A stretch of 64,000 nt of DNA from Dehalococcoidia bacterium (GTDB taxonomy: Bacteria; Chloroflexota; Dehalococcoidia; Plut-88900): contig CBDFLQ010000005.1 in assembly GCA_965249275.1 (NCBI GenBank), positions 672,001 through 736,000 on the forward strand. The letters run 5' to 3'. Each line of letters starts with the position of its first letter. The first letter of the stretch is position 1. Position numbers and translations under genes: made by a program. The notes under the pieces are model-generated. The model saw only the letters and a program-made list of their open reading frames with translations, had not been told where the DNA came from and ran no database searches. This document shows, in pieces, positions 9,801 to 19,388 of the stretch.

Positions 9801-12800
9801 ATGGGAACAGGTGTGTTTCATCCGGTTGTAAAGGCATGGTTCGAGGAGAAGTTTGAGGGGCCGACGGAGGCTCAGGCGCAGGGTTGGGAGTCGATAGCGC
9901 AAGGGAAGCACACGCTGATCTCGGCGCCGACGGGGTCGGGTAAGACGCTGGCTGCATTCCTGAAGTGCATCGACGACCTGATCTGGGAAGGGCTGGACTC
10001 GAGGCTGGAGGACGTGACGCAGATAGTGTACGTCTCCCCGTTGAAGGCGCTTTCCAATGACATCGAAAGGAATCTGGCGGGACCGCTTTCGGAGATAACG
10101 GCGAAAGCGGAGGAGATGGGGATAGCGGCGCCGGAGATCCGCGTGGGGCTGAGGACGGGGGACACGAAGGCCTCACAACGGCAGAGCATGGCCAAGAGGC
10201 CGCCGCATATCCTGATCACCACACCCGAGTCGCTGTACATCCTGTTGACTTCCAAGAGCGGGAGGCAGGGGTTGATGGGGGTGAAGACATTAATCATCGA
10301 CGAGATTCACGCGGTGGCTGACGACAAAAGAGGATCACACCTGAGTCTTTCGATGGAGCGGCTGTGTGCGCTGGCCGAGGGCCCGGTGACCAGGATCGGG
10401 CTGTCTGCGACACAGAGGCCGATAGAAGAGGTGGCGAGGTTCCTGGTCGGTAACGCTCATATTGATGAGAAGAGGAATCCCGACTGCTTGATAGTGAATG
10501 CCGGGCACGCCCGGAAGATCGATCTGGCTATCGAGATGCCGGGTTCGGAGTTGGGGCCGATTGCGAGCCACGAGCTGTGGGCGGAGACGCTGGACAGGGT
10601 GGTGGAACTGGCCGAGAGGCACGAGACTACGCTGGTCTTCGTCAACACGCGTCGGTTGGTGGAAAGAGTGGCGCATCAGCTAACGGAGCGGCTCGGGGAA
10701 GAGGCGATAGCGGCCCACCATGGCAGTATGTCGCGGGAGAGGCGGTTCCAGACGGAGCAAGCCTTGAAAACGGGCAAGACGAAGATATGCGTGGCCACAG
10801 CCTCTCTGGAATTGGGCATCGACGTGGGGCTGGTGGAACTGGTCTGTCAGATAGGGTCGCCGCGGTCTATCGGGTTGCTTATGCAAAGGGTGGGGCGCTC
10901 CGGGCACACGATCAAGGGAACGCCCAAGGGTCGGATGTTCCCGTTGACCCGGGACGAGTTGGTGGAGTGCATCGCCCTGGCTCGAGCCGTGCGTCGACAG
11001 AACCTGGACACCCTGTCAATCCCGCCTTGGCCGCTGGACGTGCTAGCCCAGCAGATAGTAGCCGGATGCGTGGCGGAGGACTGGGATGAAGATGAACTCT
11101 TTGAGATGCTCCGCAAAGCCTATCCTTACCGGGACTTGCCGAGGGAGAAGTACGACGAGGTGGTGAAGATGTTGGCCGAGGGTGTGGCCCCGAGGGAGGG
11201 CAGGAGGACGGCGCACCTGCATCGGGATGGGGTGGCGGGCAAGTTGAAGAGTAGGAGAGGGGCTCGGATACCGGCATTGACGAGCGGGGGGGCGATCCCA
11301 GACACCGCCGACTACGACGTCGTGGCAGACCCCGAAGGTGTTTTCGTAGGGACGGTCAATGAAGACTTCGCAATAGAGAGTATGGCCGGCGACATATTCT
11401 TGCTGGGCAACACGCCGTGGCGTATCCGCAGGGTGGAGAGTGGGCGGGTACGGGTGGAGGATGCCCAAGGCCTGCCGCCATCGATTCCTTTCTGGTTGGG
11501 GGAAGCGCCGGGTCGGACGTGGGAGCTTTCGGAGGAGATTACGGAACTGCGCAGCGGAATCGAGGAGCGGCTGGGAGACAATGGCAAGGCAGAAGGCTGG
11601 GTGACGGAGGAGTCAGGGGTGGGAGGGGAGGCGGCTCGGCAAGTGGTCGAATACTTAGATGAGGGGAGGCGGGTGCTGGGGGGCGTACCCTCGGGGAACA
11701 AGATATATGCCGAGCGGTTCTTCGACGAGTCGGGTGGGACGCAAGTGGTGATACATTCGCCGCTCGGGGCGCGGGTGAATCGGGCCTGGGGGATGGCGCT
11801 GCGGAAGCAGATATGCCGCAGCTTCGACTTCGAGCTTCAGGCGGCGGCGACGGATGATGGAATCAACTTCTCGTTGGGGCCGAATTTGTCGTTCCCCCTG
11901 GAGGAGCTGTTCAGCTATCTGAGCACCAAGAACGTCGAGAAGGTATTGACGCAGGCGGCGTTGCAGGCGCCCCTGTTCCAGACTAGATGGCGTTGGAACG
12001 CTACGCGGGCCTTAGCTATCATCAAGTTCTCCGGTGGAAAGAAGGTGCCGGCTCCGCTGGTGCGGATGAGGTCCGACGACCTTTTGGCGTCGGTGTTTCC
12101 AGCGCAGGTGCAGTGTCAGGACAACGCGCCGACAGCCGATATCGAGGTGCCGGACCACCCGCTGGTATTCGAGACGGTGCGGGACTGCCTGACCGAGGCT
12201 ATGGACCTGGAAGGGCTGACCCGGCTGCTGGGAGACATAGAGCGAGGAGCGGTGGAGGTGTTCGCACGGGACACGCCTCAGCCCTCGGTGTTTTCCCACC
12301 AGATATTGAACGCTATGCCCTACGCCTTTCTGGACGACGCCCCGCTGGAGGAGCGGAGGTCCAGGGCGGTATCGTTGAGGCGGGCGCTGCCGGAGGACTC
12401 CCGGGACCTGGGCTCCCTGGACCCGGAGGCGATAGCTGCGGCGGTTGAGGATGCGTGGCCACCGGCCCGTGACGCCGACGAGATGCACGACCTGCTATTG
12501 AGCGTCGGGCCGATCTCGGATGGTGAGATAGCGGTGAGGTATGGAGATGGGGATGGCGGAGTCGTTAAGGAGTGGTTGGAAGAGCTATTGGAATCGGGGA
12601 GGGTGACGACGTTTCGGAGGGCGGACGGGTCTCGGGCGTGGGTGGCAGTCGAGACGGTACGGGAAGTGATGCCCGCATACCCGGAAGCGGAACTGCATCC
12701 AATACCACCGGAACGTTTCCTGAGCGACACGGAGGCAGATCCCGGAGAGGCGGCGGTGAGGTTGGTCAGGGGCCGTACAGAGGTCTCAGGGCCTCAGACT

Positions 12801-14024
12801 GCCGAGGAGATCGGGGAGATGCTGGCACTGCCGGAGGGGACTGTTAGGGCAGCCTTGGCGCAACTGGAATCGGAGGGACAGGTATTGAGGGGGTCGTTCA
12901 GGCCGGGTGCCATCGTGGAGGAATACTGCGACAGGCGTATCCTGGCCCGGATACACCGGGCGACTGTATCGAGGCTGAGGCGGGAGATCGAGCCGGTTTC
13001 GGAGTCGGTGTTCATGCTGTTCCTGCTGCGCTGGCAGCACGTGGAGCCGGACAGGATGTTGAGTGGGGAGTCGGGGTTGATCGAGGTTATCGAGCAGCTG
13101 CAGGGATTCGAGGCGGCGGCGGGAGCTTGGGAACCGCATTTGCTGAAGGCCCGGGTGGCGGGTTACGAGCCTTCGATGCTGGATGACCTGTGCTTTGGGG
13201 GGGAGGTGGTGTGGGGCCGGATGACACAACGCAGGCATATGCCCGATCAGCCTATATCCAAGGTGGGACTAACGAGGAACGGGCCGATAACGCTGGGGCT
13301 TCGGGAAAACCTAGATTGGCTGGTGGACCCGACTCCCGAGGATGATGAGGGGTTGGGTGGCGCGGCTCGGGATATCCTGAACGTCCTCACGAAGCGCGGG
13401 GCCTCATTCCAGTCCGACATTGCCAAGCTGAGCAAGCGGCTGCCTTCGGAGGTGAAGGACGGTCTGTGGCAACTGGTGGCGGCGGGCCGGGCCACGGCGG
13501 ACGGATTCACGCCCCTGCGGCATGTGAACAATGGCCCGCCCCCGAGTATGCGCCGCAGCACCCGATTGCGAAGGAGGGCGAGGAATCGGCCTTCGACGAC
13601 CCGTTGGTCCCTGCTGCAACCCTTGGGAGATGGCGAGACGTCTGCAACGGAGAGGGCGTTCCAACTGCTCCGGCGTTATGGGGTGGTGTTCTACGAGATG
13701 CTGGCCCGGGAGCCGATGGCGCCGACGTGGCGAGAGCTAGTGAGAATATACCGGCAGGCCGAGGCTCAGGGGAAGATCAGGGGAGGCAGGTTCATTTCGG
13801 GGCACGTGGGGGAGCAGTTTGCGCTACCGGAGGCTATCGAGATGCTGCGGTCGACGCGGAAGCAGGAGGGGTCGGGACGGTATGTACAGGTGTCGGCGTG
13901 CGATCCGTTGAACCTGGTGGGGATTATCAGCCCCGGGGCCCGGGTGCCGGCGGCGATGGGAAACCTAGTGGTGTACCAGAACGGGGTTGCAGTGGCGTCG
14001 GTGGAGGGGGGACAGGTTGAATGA
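9801..14024 (+). CDS. lhr: Lhr-family ATP-dependent DEAD/DEAH helicase (long form)
   Basis: APTGSGKT, SPLKALSND, DEIH, LSAT, HHGSMS, SLELGID, QRVGRSGH; C-terminal winged-helix/AlkZ-like region. Confidence 0.92.
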   Translation: MGTGVFHPVVKAWFEEKFEGPTEAQAQGWESIAQGKHTLISAPTGSGKTLAAFLKCIDDLIWEGLDSRLEDVTQIVYVSPLKALSNDIERNLAGPLSEITAKAEEMGIAAPEIRVGLRTGDTKASQRQSMAKRPPHILITTPESLYILLTSKSGRQGLMGVKTLIIDEIHAVADDKRGSHLSLSMERLCALAEGPVTRIGLSATQRPIEEVARFLVGNAHIDEKRNPDCLIVNAGHARKIDLAIEMPGSELGPIASHELWAETLDRVVELAERHETTLVFVNTRRLVERVAHQLTERLGEEAIAAHHGSMSRERRFQTEQALKTGKTKICVATASLELGIDVGLVELVCQIGSPRSIGLLMQRVGRSGHTIKGTPKGRMFPLTRDELVECIALARAVRRQNLDTLSIPPWPLDVLAQQIVAGCVAEDWDEDELFEMLRKAYPYRDLPREKYDEVVKMLAEGVAPREGRRTAHLHRDGVAGKLKSRRGARIPALTSGGAIPDTADYDVVADPEGVFVGTVNEDFAIESMAGDIFLLGNTPWRIRRVESGRVRVEDAQGLPPSIPFWLGEAPGRTWELSEEITELRSGIEERLGDNGKAEGWVTEESGVGGEAARQVVEYLDEGRRVLGGVPSGNKIYAERFFDESGGTQVVIHSPLGARVNRAWGMALRKQICRSFDFELQAAATDDGINFSLGPNLSFPLEELFSYLSTKNVEKVLTQAALQAPLFQTRWRWNATRALAIIKFSGGKKVPAPLVRMRSDDLLASVFPAQVQCQDNAPTADIEVPDHPLVFETVRDCLTEAMDLEGLTRLLGDIERGAVEVFARDTPQPSVFSHQILNAMPYAFLDDAPLEERRSRAVSLRRALPEDSRDLGSLDPEAIAAAVEDAWPPARDADEMHDLLLSVGPISDGEIAVRYGDGDGGVVKEWLEELLESGRVTTFRRADGSRAWVAVETVREVMPAYPEAELHPIPPERFLSDTEADPGEAAVRLVRGRTEVSGPQTAEEIGEMLALPEGTVRAALAQLESEGQVLRGSFRPGAIVEEYCDRRILARIHRATVSRLRREIEPVSESVFMLFLLRWQHVEPDRMLSGESGLIEVIEQLQGFEAAAGAWEPHLLKARVAGYEPSMLDDLCFGGEVVWGRMTQRRHMPDQPISKVGLTRNGPITLGLRENLDWLVDPTPEDDEGLGGAARDILNVLTKRGASFQSDIAKLSKRLPSEVKDGLWQLVAAGRATADGFTPLRHVNNGPPPSMRRSTRLRRRARNRPSTTRWSLLQPLGDGETSATERAFQLLRRYGVVFYEMLAREPMAPTWRELVRIYRQAEAQGKIRGGRFISGHVGEQFALPEAIEMLRSTRKQEGSGRYVQVSACDPLNLVGIISPGARVPAAMGNLVVYQNGVAVASVEGGQVE

Positions 14025-14153
14025 GAGGTCGGCATTGCCTCGGAGTGCGAAGTTGGAGGTTCTGGGGATGTCGGCGGCTGGGAGGTCAGGGTCGGAGGAT
14101 GCGCGGGGTGGGGTAGGGATGGGCGCGGGTGTAGATAGGCGAGACGACGCTTG

Positions 14154-14405
14154 AGATTCCTCGCGGGGCCTCGGAATGACAGGGGTGAAGGGGCTCGGTT
14201 GGGAATCAGGACTACCACGACGGATTAGCTGTCTGGGGCCGCCCCCCGCTCGACCCTTCGAGTGCCTCAGGGTGAGCGGCTCCGCCTCGAGGATGGATTC
14301 ACGCCTCGGCACACTCCAAAGGCGCATCCTCCTTAGGCGGCCGTTAGGCTTGCAGCATCTTCGACCGGCTCTCGGCGGCCGGAATGATCCGCCTAAGGCG
14401 GACAG
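14154..14405. repeat. Cluster of REP-like palindromes (AGATTCCTCGCGGGGCCTCGGAATGAC; GCTCGACCCTTCG..CTCAGGGTGAGCGG; CCGCCTAAGGCGG)
   Basis: The same units recur at about 2720, 29094, 29289, 29801, 47481, 48051, 55820, 63616 and 63708. Confidence 0.8.
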
Positions 14406-14446
14406 GCTCCCCTCGGGAGTGGTAGGGAAAGGGTGTACGGAAGCGG

Positions 14447-15157
14447 CTAGGCGTCCATCCTGAGCGTCCGGGCTTCTTTGCCTTCGCCCATCTTGTAGAC
14501 GGCGGAGTACATGTTCCACCACATGTTACGGCCTTCAAGGGCTGCGCGTCGTACGGAGGCCTTTTGCTCGGGGGTGGTGGCATGAGCGGCGGCGGTGCTC
14601 CAGCCGGTTTCTGCGTGGACCTCGTCGGCGCCGACGTGGACGGCGAAGTATGAGGCTTGCGCTTCGGTGTAGCCGTATTTGTCGATGAGGCCCTTGGTGA
14701 CGCCGTCGCAGAACTCGGTGAACATATCCTCAATGCCCATCGATACGAAGCTGAGTGCTTCCACCCATCTGCCGCGCATGGCGTAGGCGGAGACGGTGTC
14801 GGGGTAGACCTTGGTCTCTGGGATCATGGGACGGGCGTCGACGTCGTCTTCCGAGAAACCGGCGGCGGCCCCGGCCCGGATGGCCAGCTCCCAGTGGGAA
14901 GGCACTTCAGGAGTGCCGGTCAGCTCACCGAAGAGGTTCTCGGCGAGTTCCATGCGGGTGTGCCTCGGGGCCTGGGGGATGATGAGCGAGAGGGAGGAGA
15001 TGCCCTCTTCCACGGTGTGCTTAAGTTGGGCGCAGAGCTCGGCGAGGGTGTTTGGCTTAAGGACACCGTTGACGAGGTCGATGTAGATGGGGTGGTTGAC
15101 GACGGCTTCGCTTTGGATTTCTTCTCTCAGGTCTGCCCAGAAGGTGTCGGTGGTCAT
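14447..15157 (-). CDS. Heme-oxygenase-like diiron enzyme (TenA/PqqC/CADD family)
   Basis: ENLFGE...SHWEL, GIE, YFAVHVGADEVH. Confidence 0.8.
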   Translation of the reverse strand: MTTDTFWADLREEIQSEAVVNHPIYIDLVNGVLKPNTLAELCAQLKHTVEEGISSLSLIIPQAPRHTRMELAENLFGELTGTPEVPSHWELAIRAGAAAGFSEDDVDARPMIPETKVYPDTVSAYAMRGRWVEALSFVSMGIEDMFTEFCDGVTKGLIDKYGYTEAQASYFAVHVGADEVHAETGWSTAAAHATTPEQKASVRRAALEGRNMWWNMYSAVYKMGEGKEARTLRMDA

Positions 15158-15304
15158 GGTGCATCTCCGTTGGGGGTGGTGTGGGGCGATTTTAGCATAA
15201 ACGCATAGGAGTCTTTGGGATCGAAAAGTCGGTTGGCTTAACTGATGCGGGTTGTCGCTCTGGATTCCCGTGTCGGGGCACGGGAATGACGGGATATGCG
15301 GGGT

Positions 15305-16507
15305 CTAGGTTTCTTGGGAGCGGGTGGGGATGATGATTAGGACCAGGGCGGAGGCCACGATGGTAATTCCGGAGAATACGAAAGTGGACTGTATTGATAT
15401 GTGGTCGGCGATGAGGCCGCCTATCACGGCTCCGAATGCGCCGATCGCCATGGACGCCGTATAGATCAGGCCGACGGATGTGCCGTGAACCCCGGGAGGC
15501 GACAGGTCAATGGCTGTGGCAACGAAAATTGGGAGGTAGGTGAAGGTGACCGCGGCGATGGCAATAATGGTAAGGAGCAGTTGAATCCCTGGGTCGGCGA
15601 AGGCGAGCGCCACGCAGAGGAGGCCGAAGATTGTCAGTTCAGGCACGAGCACCGACTTACGACCGAACCGGTCCGATACGAATCCCATGATCGGATGTGT
15701 TGCTATGCCGACGGTATGCAGGAGGGAGATGTACACGCCAACTTTGAAGGTCGAAAACTCGAGGTGTTCCCTCAGATATATCGGCAGGAAGGTTACCATG
15801 GCGTAGTCGCCCATGCTTACTACGCCGCACAGTACCAACACGGCTATTAGACGCCGGTTCTTGAACAGCGGTACAACGGCTGAGAAATATTCTTTGCTCG
15901 ATGTTGCGCCCCGCTGGCCTTTCATGCCTCGGAGAGCGAGCCATACGACAATCGCGGCGAGGGCGGCGGGGAAGAAGCTGTACTGGAGAAGCTGGGGCCA
16001 CAGGATGACTGAGAGTAGCCCTCCAGCCACCAAGGGGCCCAGCACCTCTCCCACACTGGCCCCTGCCCCGTGCATAGTGAGGGCCAAGCCTCTTCTTGCA
16101 GGGAAACGTGCGGATAGAGCGGCTATGGCCGTAGGGTGCCACATGGAAGTGCCCACGCCGACCAGGATCACAGCCAACGCTATAGCGTAGTACGTTTGCA
16201 GAGACCCGGAGGCCAGGTAGCCGAAGGCGACCAGCATAATAGCCGCCAGCAGTATCAGCGGCCGCTTGCTGCTGTAGCGGTCGGCGATGAAGCCGCCGGG
16301 CATTGCGGCAGCGCCGCTGCTGACGTCCCGGGACATGACGAGGGCCCCGGCGGCGAGGTTGCTAAGCCCCAACCCGACCTTGATCTCGGGAAAGACGACC
16401 GAAAAGGCAGCGCTGTACAGGTGTTTGAGCCCGTGGCCCGTGACCATGGTGAACGCTAGCAGTTTAGGGCCTGGTTCGCGAGTGGGGGGCTGGGTGGAGG
16501 GGTCCAT
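15305..16507 (-). CDS. MFS transporter
   Basis: GFIADRYS, GFVSDRFGRK, about 12 TM. Confidence 0.9.
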   Translation of the reverse strand: MDPSTQPPTREPGPKLLAFTMVTGHGLKHLYSAAFSVVFPEIKVGLGLSNLAAGALVMSRDVSSGAAAMPGGFIADRYSSKRPLILLAAIMLVAFGYLASGSLQTYYAIALAVILVGVGTSMWHPTAIAALSARFPARRGLALTMHGAGASVGEVLGPLVAGGLLSVILWPQLLQYSFFPAALAAIVVWLALRGMKGQRGATSSKEYFSAVVPLFKNRRLIAVLVLCGVVSMGDYAMVTFLPIYLREHLEFSTFKVGVYISLLHTVGIATHPIMGFVSDRFGRKSVLVPELTIFGLLCVALAFADPGIQLLLTIIAIAAVTFTYLPIFVATAIDLSPPGVHGTSVGLIYTASMAIGAFGAVIGGLIADHISIQSTFVFSGITIVASALVLIIIPTRSQET

Positions 16508-16548
16508 CGTCAACACCTCCGTTTAAGGAGGTATAGAGCCTCCGTTCA

Positions 16549-17772
16549 CTATGCGCGGGCTATGGGCGCGGATTCCGTGTTGTCGCGGGTTGGGACGAAG
16601 ATCAGCAGGAATGCGGCGGCTATGACGACTATGCCGGCGAAGATAAAGGTCGACGGGAGGGAGACTTCGTCGGCGAGGAGGCCGCCGAGGATCGCACCGA
16701 TACCTCCGAATAACATGGAACCGGTGTAGACGAGGGCCACGGAAGTGCCGTGGACGCCGGGGGGAGAGAGGTCTATGGCGTAGGCGACGAAGATGTGGTG
16801 GAAAGTGAACATGACTGCGCCGATAGCGATGATGGTCAGGATTAGTTGAGGGCCCTCGGAGGCGTAGGCGAGGGCGATGCAGAGGAGTCCGAAGAAAATC
16901 ATGCCTGGGACAAGGGCGATCTTTCGGCCGTACTTGTCGGAAATGTACCCCATAAGGGGGTGTGTAACTATGCCTATGGCGTTCAAGAGCGAGGCATAGA
17001 TACCGACCTCTAAAGAAGAAAACCCGAGGTCTTCGCTCAGATAGATTGGGACGAAGGTTGTGATGACGTGATTGCTCATAGAGCGAAAGCCCGAGAGGAC
17101 GATCACGGCGATAAAGGCCCGGTTCTTGAGCAGAACGCCGGAGGTGGCGAAATACTCCTTGAGGGAGGTGACACCCTGCTGGCCCTTGAGATTCCTGAGA
17201 GCAAACCACACCAATACGGCGGCGAGGGCTGCGGGGATGAAACTGAGTTGAAAGAGTTGGGGCCAGGAGATGAGCAGAAGCAAGGCGCCGGCTATGAGAG
17301 GTCCGAGGATCTCGCCTGCGGACCCTCCCGACCCGTGGAGGGAGATTGCAAAACCAATCCTGGTTGGGAATCGGGCCGACAGGGAAGCGATGGCGGAGGG
17401 ATGCCAGAGGGATACGCCGATGCCGAAAAGGACGATGGAAATGGCGACAGCGAAATATCTCTCCACAGCACCGGCTGCGAGGTAGCCAACAGCTATAAAG
17501 GCCAAGGAAATGGTGAGGATTATGGCCCACTTGCCGCTGAAGCGGTCGGCGAGGAAGCCGGAGGGCATTGTGGAGACCCCGGCAGAGACGTCTCGTGCAG
17601 TGACCAGGGCGCCGGCGGCGAGATTGGACAGCATGAGGCTGGCCTTGATCTCCGGGAGGACGATCATGAAGGCGGCGGCGTAGAGGTGCTTGAGCCCGTG
17701 GCCGGCTACCGTGGTTGTGGCAAGGAGAGTGCGGCCCTCGTTTGACGATTGGGGGGTAGTAGGAGAGTCCAT
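16549..17772 (-). CDS. MFS transporter (tandem paralog of the downstream MFS)
   Basis: Start MDSPTT; GHGLKHLY shared with the paralog; GYISDKYGRK. Confidence 0.9.
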   Translation of the reverse strand: MDSPTTPQSSNEGRTLLATTTVAGHGLKHLYAAAFMIVLPEIKASLMLSNLAAGALVTARDVSAGVSTMPSGFLADRFSGKWAIILTISLAFIAVGYLAAGAVERYFAVAISIVLFGIGVSLWHPSAIASLSARFPTRIGFAISLHGSGGSAGEILGPLIAGALLLLISWPQLFQLSFIPAALAAVLVWFALRNLKGQQGVTSLKEYFATSGVLLKNRAFIAVIVLSGFRSMSNHVITTFVPIYLSEDLGFSSLEVGIYASLLNAIGIVTHPLMGYISDKYGRKIALVPGMIFFGLLCIALAYASEGPQLILTIIAIGAVMFTFHHIFVAYAIDLSPPGVHGTSVALVYTGSMLFGGIGAILGGLLADEVSLPSTFIFAGIVVIAAAFLLIFVPTRDNTESAPIARA

Positions 17773-17776
17773 AGAG

Positions 17777-19385
17777 TTAGAGGCGGGCTCCGTACCTGGG
17801 GTTGGGGCCGAGGGTTTGCTTGACAACACCCTGTGCGGCCTTGAGGAATCGGATGATGATGCCGCGGGTCTCGGTAGGGTCAATCATCTCCTCGACGCCG
17901 AAGGCCTCGGCGGTCTTCCAGGGGGATGCGGCCTTGGCGCATTCGGTTCTCGACCTCGGCGACTAGGGCAGCGGGGTGGCCGGAGGCCTGGATCCGGCGT
18001 CGGTGGGCTGAAAAGACGCCGCCCTCGATGGGGATGCCTACGAACTCGGCAGTGGGCCAAGCGAGGCGGAGGTTCAGCCGGCTGGCGTTGCCCGTAGCGA
18101 GGCCGGCCATGCCGTAGCACTTGTGCAGATAGATCGTGACCATGGGGACGTTTGCCTCAAGGAGGGCCTGGAGGGCGCGCATCCCTTTGCGGAGAGTACC
18201 ATCCCTCTCGGCGTCGAGGCCGATCATGAAACCGGGGATGTCTACGAAGTAGACCATTGGGATGTGGAAGGTGTCGCAGAACTCTATGAAGCGGGTCTTC
18301 TTCTCGGAGCCCGGGCCGTCTAGGGCGCCGCCGAGGTGCATGGGGTTGTTGGCGAGAATGCCGACGGGGTAGCCTCCGAAACGGGCGAAGCCGCATACGA
18401 AGGCCGGAGCGCGGTGGCCTCCGATTTCGAAGAAGGAGCCGCGGTCGGCGATGACCTTGATGATGTCACGTATGTCGTAGGCGGCTTTTGGGTCCTCGGG
18501 CATAATTTCGAGGAGGACCTCGTCCTGGCGGTCGGGGGGATCATCGGTGGGTACGTAGGGGGGCATCTCCCAGACGTTCTGCGGGAGGTAGCTGAGGACG
18601 GTCTTGATCTGGCGAATGGCGTCGGCGTCATCTTCGGCGATGTTATCCACGACACCGGAGATGACTGCGTGGACCTCGGCTCCGCCCAACTCGAACTTGT
18701 CGATGCGGTGACCCAGGGCCCGCTCGACGAGGGGAGGGCCACCGGCGAAGATGCAGGCGGCCCTGGTCATTACACTGAAGTGGGAGACCACGAGTCGGGC
18801 TCCGGTGACCCCTGCGCAGGCGCCCATGGCTGCAGCCATTACCGGGACCTCTCCCATTAGTTTGTAGGTAGGATCGATACTGATGCCGCTGACGAGGGGA
18901 GGGGAGCCCGCGTGAGCTTCCCAGCCGACACCGCCTCCGACGCCTTCCATGAGCATTACAAGGGGGATGCGGTATTCGTGGGCGAGATCCTCAACGAAAC
19001 CAGCCATGCCGCCCTTGAGCCGGTCATGGTGGATCTCAAGTACACCGCCTTCGACGGTGAAGTCCTCTCCGCCTACGGCAACGTCCCGGCCATTGACCTG
19101 GCCGAGACCCATAACGTAGCCGGAAGCGGTGGGCGGAAGGCGGTTGCCGTCGGGGTCGAAACGATCATGGACGGCAACGGTACCGACTTCGAGGAAGGAA
19201 CCGGGGTCTGTGATGTGGCCGATACGCTCTCGGATGGTCCAGCGACCTGCGGCACGTTGCCGGGCGATGGTCTCAGGGCCGCCGAGCTTTAGAGCGCGCT
19301 CCCGGGCCTCGACGAGCTTGGTTCGGGCGGTTTCCCATGTGAAAGCAGACGTTGGCGGCTCCGTGGGTTGGGTGGTTGAGTCCAT
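17777..19385 (-). pseudogene. Acyl-CoA carboxylase carboxyltransferase paralog with a +1 frameshift near the C-terminus
   Basis: Near-identical to 19389-20963; an extra C at about 17936 shifts the frame; the original tail ...PRYGARL* is present out of frame to 17777. Confidence 0.75.
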
Positions 19386-19388
19386 AGG

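Noticed and set aside
17773-17883. N-terminal extension of the MFS ORF to 17883
   Set aside because: This DNA is the out-of-frame carboxyltransferase tail
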